This document shows, in pieces, positions 47,694 to 53,438 of a DNA stretch of 53,438 bases. Source of the stretch: Catajapyx aquilonaris (Eukaryota); assembly GCA_000934665.2 (NCBI GenBank), contig KZ538147.1, positions 62,001-115,438 on the forward strand. Direction: 5' to 3'. Both the position numbers and the translations under genes were made by a program. Position 1 is the first letter of the stretch, and each line of letters opens with the position of its first letter. Below the pieces are notes generated by a model. The model was not told the DNA's origin. It was given only the letters and a program-made list of their open reading frames with translations, and did no database searches.

Positions 47694-47769
47694 ATGCCGG
47701 TCCGTCGGGGGCATGTTGCCCCACAAAACACCTTCATCGATGCCATCGTGCACAAGTTCGACAGTCAAA
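47694..47769 (+). CDS. First coding exon of ERG-subfamily voltage-gated K+ channel (KCNH2/6/7-like, seizure ortholog); the rest lies beyond the window
   Basis: [25 protein letters not shown] followed by A|GTGAGT closely matches the hERG N-terminus [25 protein letters not shown]. Confidence 0.88.
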
Positions 47770-49048
47770 GTGAGTGTCATGAAGCTTGTGGACAATGTTC
47801 AGTTAAAACACACTGGAGCAAGACTTTCAACGCAAAATTACATAAGCTCCTGTGCATGGTTGTGCACACAGCTCATATCCCCAGCAACAAAATTGATCCA
47901 AACATGTAAAGATCTGTGCATAAGTAACAATGTTCCGGTCAAGGTCTAGCGATCGCTGTGTACGATTTTCCGAAAGAAATTAGAGGCTCCACTGTTAATT
48001 CTCACGCGACGCATCGCTCAGTATACTTAAATATTCAGGGCCCTCATCGATATACCGCAGGACGACCTCACCTTGTCCGTGGTCGCGCGGGGATTTTCCA
48101 AGAGTGCGATAAACCCTAGAGTTCCGGGTAAATGGCGAGTGTCCATTGCGGCTAATCGCGATACAGGCGCTCCAGCCACCAGCTGAGAGAGCGTGTGAGG
48201 GGCAAGCAACCTGTTGGCTTCTCCCCACATGGGGGTTGTCCCCATTGCTCATGTCACGCACTACAGACGCAATATGACCAGTGACGTCCACCTTCACCAT
48301 TCATTCATCAAGGGACGTGACGTCACCCCTCTTAAAGGCTGAGGAATTTTGGGGAGGGATTGGCATGGGACGTGATTTAAGGTTCAAGCCAGAAAGGGTT
48401 GCCCCGTCACTAAGGGACAGATATACACGTTTGGAGCTAAATCCGTGGTGGCTCAGAACCCGTGACGTAGCCTCTCTCTATTCCGGTCTTGGCCTCGGTT
48501 CAGTTTGGCAGCCCCACATACAACTTCTGTCTTCATTCCCGCCCCGGTCTTTGGGGGTACTGTTGGTAAACTCTTTTACCCAAAAGTTCGACTTCCTTTT
48601 TTTGTACCTCCCATCCGGAACGAATCCCCGAAATAGGCAATGTCATCCGGATGCTATTATACTGTCGGATGCGGAAACTTTTAAAACGAATTCATGTTTT
48701 TTTTCCTTCTTCCTGTAGTTGGTTTTGAAAAAAAGAAGAAAAAATACACGTTGTCTTCTAACGATATTATAGGGTTGATACGGTGAGTTTTTGGGCCGAG
48801 GGCGGTGGCCTTTTGAAGCTGCGTTGCCACATCGACCGCGTATCTGCCGCGAGAGAACGTGTGTGGCGCCGACTGGGCGCCATTGCATGGCTTCAGACCA
48901 AGAAGTGGTCTTTGCCCCCCTAGTCTTTACGTCCAATTTCAGGATGGGGCTGTTGGTGCATTATTATTGCAACAATGATGTGTTGAATCTGGCGGCGTGG
49001 AGGAGAAGTCTTATCGATTTCCTTCCAGCTGCTTTTCGGGGGGGGGGG

Positions 49049-49075
49049 NNNNNNNNNNNNNNNNNNNNNNNNNNN
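49049..49075. other. Assembly gap between G-run and C-run
   Basis: 27 N bases. Confidence 0.95.
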
Positions 49076-51741
49076 GCCCCCCCCCCCCCCATCGAAAACG
49101 CCCCCCTTTTGCTGGAAAACGCCACCTGACCTCCATCTACTCAACCCCCCATCATCCTCGGGGGAAGACTCAATTCAATTCAAGTCTCATTTATTTCTAT
49201 CTCCACTCATTCAGTATCAGCCTGCAGTAGTTGTTAAAACCGACGAAGAAGAATGATTAGGAACATAATTGAATTTGTTGCACTGGAGGGGCAATGTACT
49301 GAGGCGACAAAAAAAGAAGTAAGGGGTTGAACAATCAAGAAGGGTGCAATAATATAGGGATGGTAAATTAGTTCCCGTTCGAATTGTATACTTCAGACGG
49401 TGGCATTTCCTGGGTAACAGTTTGGGAAGTTCTTTGCCCTTTGGCACTATCGCTAAGCTAGCGTTTTGCACTGTACAGACTCCAGGAGATATAGCTGCTG
49501 GACATCTTCCTGCTGGAGTGTATCGATTCGAAAGTTATGGCATCGTTCGATTGAGTTCAAGTAAGATCCGGAGGAGATAAATCGCATAAGAATACACAGA
49601 ATTGCACTCGGAGTTTCTGGAAAAGTGGGGCGTGTTTTTCACACATTTACTCTACATGGGAAGGCAGGGTTTTTGCTATAGTGGCTCTGTAGTAAATGCA
49701 CTGACTTTAGAGTTTAGTTCGAATTTTCATGAATATGCAATGGAGCTTACGAGGATGATGATACAGCGAAATCATAATACTGTACAGTGAAAATACAGCG
49801 GAATCGCTCGGTTCCCTTCAAAGGATCCCTCTCAGTATCGTTTTTTTCCTTGGATCATCACAATTTTTAGTTGTTATTGTTTCTAATAGTGTGTGATGGA
49901 AAAGTAAAACTCCGTTTGCTCTATAGCCTGATATTCTGGAAATCGCCCTTTTTAATTTTCAATTTTGCAATATATTAGAGACACCGAGAACCTGAGAAAA
50001 TTTTCCGTATATGTTACGGTAACTTCTCTGACAATGCTAGATGATGGCAGATTTTGCACCAGCAAATTTTAACTAAAACTGCTGTTAATGAAACTATACA
50101 GTAATATGTCCAAATGTATGGTTTCCCATTGCATATGATGGGGTTATATGTATACTGCATAACCCCATTTGAAGGGACACTCCTGTGTAACCAATGTTAC
50201 GAACATAGTGATTTTGTCACTTTTAGTTAACGAAATACAACTTAAGACGATCGTTATTATAACAATGCTAGAAAAATGGCATAAAAATAAGTAAGGTTGT
50301 TGCCGTCTCCTGTGGCAATTTTATAGCAGGAAATTTGCATTTGCAATTTTTTAACTCGAAATACCGGAATATAACGGGACAAAACTGAGTTTCAATTCCA
50401 CTACCAATATTGCAGCGGCCCAAGGAAAAAAAGGCGCATGGCAGGATTATTTTCCGTACTGAACAAGTTTTTCTCGTACATTGTCGATCGGGATGGAAAT
50501 GACCCACCACTAAAAATTCGTGTCACAAAATCGATCAACATATACATATTACGTCATTGCAGAGGAAAATATTCAAAGCCTTTTCTAAGCATAATTTTGC
50601 AATAATTATAATGTGAGAATTCTATGCACTCCAACAAAATAAATCAAAATGAAATTAAATTGACATCAGGCAACCACTTTTGTCGCACTGCATTTTATAT
50701 TTGCCTGCAGCATGCGGGACGGAATAATGAGTATAATGAGTAATGTCAAGGGCGAGTATCATTTCGAATGTGGGAATGCGAATGTTTTATTCAGGTAAGT
50801 CAAAGTGCAAAATATTCTATAGCAACATGCAATGAGTGCCGCTGCGTGATCGCTTTGTGCTACACTTTTGTGCTATGTAAAGTTTAGTTTTGAAAATTCA
50901 TACACTCAGTCCATGTTCACATTATGATTGTGTAACCTTTTCGTTGAAATCATGTAATTTTTGCAGGCATACCTGCTTTTAAATAATACATTTGCCGGCT
51001 GGGTTGTTGTTTTAGTCTGTCTCCAACTATGCTGAGCAAAATGCACTATAGTGCACTTAACTTATTTATCCGTTCATTGAATTAACAGCACTCTACATGC
51101 TGGTGACAATGTAATGGTAAATGTCAAAATTTCTGAATTAATTAAATAATTATTATCCTAATATGAAGTTAAATAGACTTGACGCTATTCACTCATGCAC
51201 AAGCGCGTGAGGTATAACATTATGTAATTTTATTACAAACATTACTGGTTCAAGGGCTTGTCCTATCAGTCTCTAATGCTTGTGAAACGACGGATGGTTG
51301 GATGGCCTAATGCAGTGGTTCCCAAACTTTTTTTTTTTTTTTTTGAAAAAAAAGAAGGCAGCCCCTGGCATTTTTTCGCTTTCAATGTGGGCTTTAGGTA
51401 GGGCCTATACATGTGCTATGTATATCGCTCTAAAATATGGATACGATTAATCCTTATTTTGGTTTCCATGAAAAATCGTTTCTATATTTTTGAGCGACAA
51501 AATACAGAGGGACTCTAAAGTCAGGATACATACGTCATTGGATAGTATTGTGGGTTTCCAGTTATTGTGCCCACTCAAACTGCCAACTGTGCCAACTCAT
51601 CCTTTACTTATTGCAATAATTATTACAATAATCTGCTATAGTTGGAACAACTGGAAATCAACAAACATATCCACTTTTTTTTATTGATACCCCGTGCTCG
51701 AGCCTTCGGCTGGTTTAGGGGGGGTGACATACCACCATCAG

Positions 51742-52018
51742 TTTTCTATTTTTACTTCAATCTCCGTGCAAGGGCTGGTTCAGGATATAGGGTAGGGAAA
51801 GGGATTGTTGGGGAGGGGACACTTGTGCAGGTGCATTGTCCTATGGCTTTTGGGCCATGTGCAGTCCCCCAGGAGGTTAGGTTGCCAGACACCTCCTTGG
51901 TGCAGGTCAGAGACCCTCCCGACGCTGGTGAAAGGAAGTTCCCCAGGCGGGGATCGAACCTGGGGCCTTTCACTCAGCAAGCCGAGACGTTACCATCTCG
52001 GCCACCACACCTCCCCCC
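51742..52018 (-). mobile_element. tRNA-derived SINE
   Basis: Minus-strand head GGTGGCCGAGATGGTAACG..GGTTCGATCCCC with an A-rich tail. Confidence 0.8.
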
Positions 52019-52417
52019 AAAGCTATCCACTTACCTATATGTGTCCTGACTTTAGAGTCACCCTGTATACAATAGTCATAAACATTAGATGCAGAACAAA
52101 AAATCATATTATTTTCAGCACAATTTTTTTTACACAATATAATTATCACCTACTGAGATGAATGGGTTTTTTTTAAGGTTTGCGTAGTTTCGCTGTGACC
52201 GATTTTGTGCGTGGCTGCAGAAAAATGTCAGGTTCAGAGGCGGCTCCTGTGCTTGGTTTTAGTTGCTGCATAGGGAGAAGATCCCGGTTTACACAAATAA
52301 GTGACAAAAGTGGCAAAGGGTTTTTTTAAAATGGCCAGTGGTCTTTTAAATTTCGCCAAAATTATTAACAAAACTTACTTTGGAAGGCAGTTTTCAAAGT
52401 GGCGTCTGACTAATGAG

Positions 52418-53011
52418 GAGAGAAAGATATCTAAATTTTTAAATACTTGTTATTCTGTAGGCAGAACACTGGAACCAAAATATCAATCCACTTTAAAACA
52501 CAAGGACCTCCAAAATCACGGTTTTATAGAACCTTTAAATAGCCTATTTTGGGCGTTGGAACCTAAATGGCATATTAGCGACAGTTTGCACCTTTTTGAC
52601 CCCGTTCTGTAATATTTTCGAGAGTTTTTGCGGGTTTTCCGTTCAAGGCATCCCTCGCGATTCAACCTGCGAAGGGCAAAGAAGCTGCCTAATTATGCTT
52701 TCCAGATGAACTGGCTGTACGTATACTACAAGCCATAGCTATCACTTTCCGAGTATGATCCAGTTGCTTCGTGTGACGTCGAAAGGTCATTCTCACAGTA
52801 TAAAGATGCATTGTCAGACAGACGTCTTACTAACCAACGAATACATGGAGTGTTACTGTGCTACAAAATTCCATGGCTGTATAGGAATTTTAAAAAATTA
52901 GGACCTGCTTGATTTTTACTGCCTATTTATGAATTTATTTTGACTGTTTTCAGGGCCTACATGCCTGCCTATATTTGAGGGTTTTCTTAGAACCCAAAAA
53001 TTCGTTCTTTA
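52418..53011 (+). mobile_element. Deleted hAT-like element with CGGBP-type transposase C-terminal remnant
   Basis: Flanking duplication CTAATGAG at 52410 and 53012. 52754-52830 reads YDPVASCDVERSFSQYKDALSDRR (hAT ERxFS motif). GCCTATTT subterminal motifs are present. Confidence 0.75.
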
Positions 53012-53059
53012 CTAATGAGGCATTCATAATTATACAGTTGTTGATGCCAGGCAGGTTGG

Positions 53060-53330
53060 TTTTGAAGTAACGGCAAATGAATTGATCACCCAGTCACACA
53101 CTCCTTCGAGTTAGCTCCTGAACCGTTGGAACAGATTTCTCGATGAAATCGCTCAGCCATCGTAGGTGTTCGCGAATGTCACCCAGCAACACTTCTTGGT
53201 GCCTCCAACACTGATGTTCTGATAGTTCTTTCATAAGTGGAAAACACTGCCACCCCCAATAAATTCGTCCCAGAACCGAAGATTTCTTTTAAATGAGCGT
53301 ATTCTGTTGTCTGCATCGAAAATTATTATT
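53060..53330 (-). pseudogene. Degenerate hAT (Buster/Charlie, ZBED5/FAM200-like) transposase fragment
   Basis: Frameshifted reading IIFDADNRIRSFKRNLRFW..CFPLMKEL..IREHLRWLSDFIEK..DWVINSF, resembling the family pattern KI.AF..KL..W..FP.L..HL..L..DWI.NPF. Confidence 0.65.
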
Positions 53331-53438
53331 ATCTTGGCAAAAATCTAATACATATTTCAAGACCTATGTCTTTCCACTTATTCGCTATGCAAATCCGTAC
53401 GGAGGCCCCGACATATGCCCCAAGGGTTTCACTAGGGG

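Noticed and set aside
51313..51653. hAT/Charlie-like MITE starting CAGTGGTTCCCAAAC
   Set aside because: The right end matches only weakly and there is no 8-bp TSD.

Overview
Eukaryotic nuclear DNA from an invertebrate, probably an arthropod, with GT-AG spliced genes; no prokaryotic features or CRISPR were found. Nine protein genes are recognisable: SZRD1(-), TTC36(+), SEC62(-), DNAJC28(+), trifunctional GART(-), an SLC2/GLUT-type sugar transporter(-), MRGBP(+), V-ATPase subunit D(-), and the first coding exon of an ERG/KCNH potassium channel(+). Most are packed as head-to-head or tail-to-tail pairs. The larger introns are filled with non-autonomous elements: Tc1/mariner CAGGGTG MITEs, piggyBac-like, hAT-like and Harbinger-like MITEs, five tRNA-derived SINEs and degenerate transposase remnants. 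Several of these are nested. The most notable observations are (1) a 914-bp foldback built by mirroring the 3' end of a transposase gene, (2) DNAJC28-GART adjacency as in human chr21, (3) an ERG gene that keeps the PAS-cap with a vertebrate-like 76-nt first coding exon, (4) a V-SINE-like core, (5) a possible in-frame N-terminal extension of GART, and (6) CLEAR/M-box motifs at the V-ATPase gene. I found no clearly new enzymatic system. All assignments were made by eye, without database searches.
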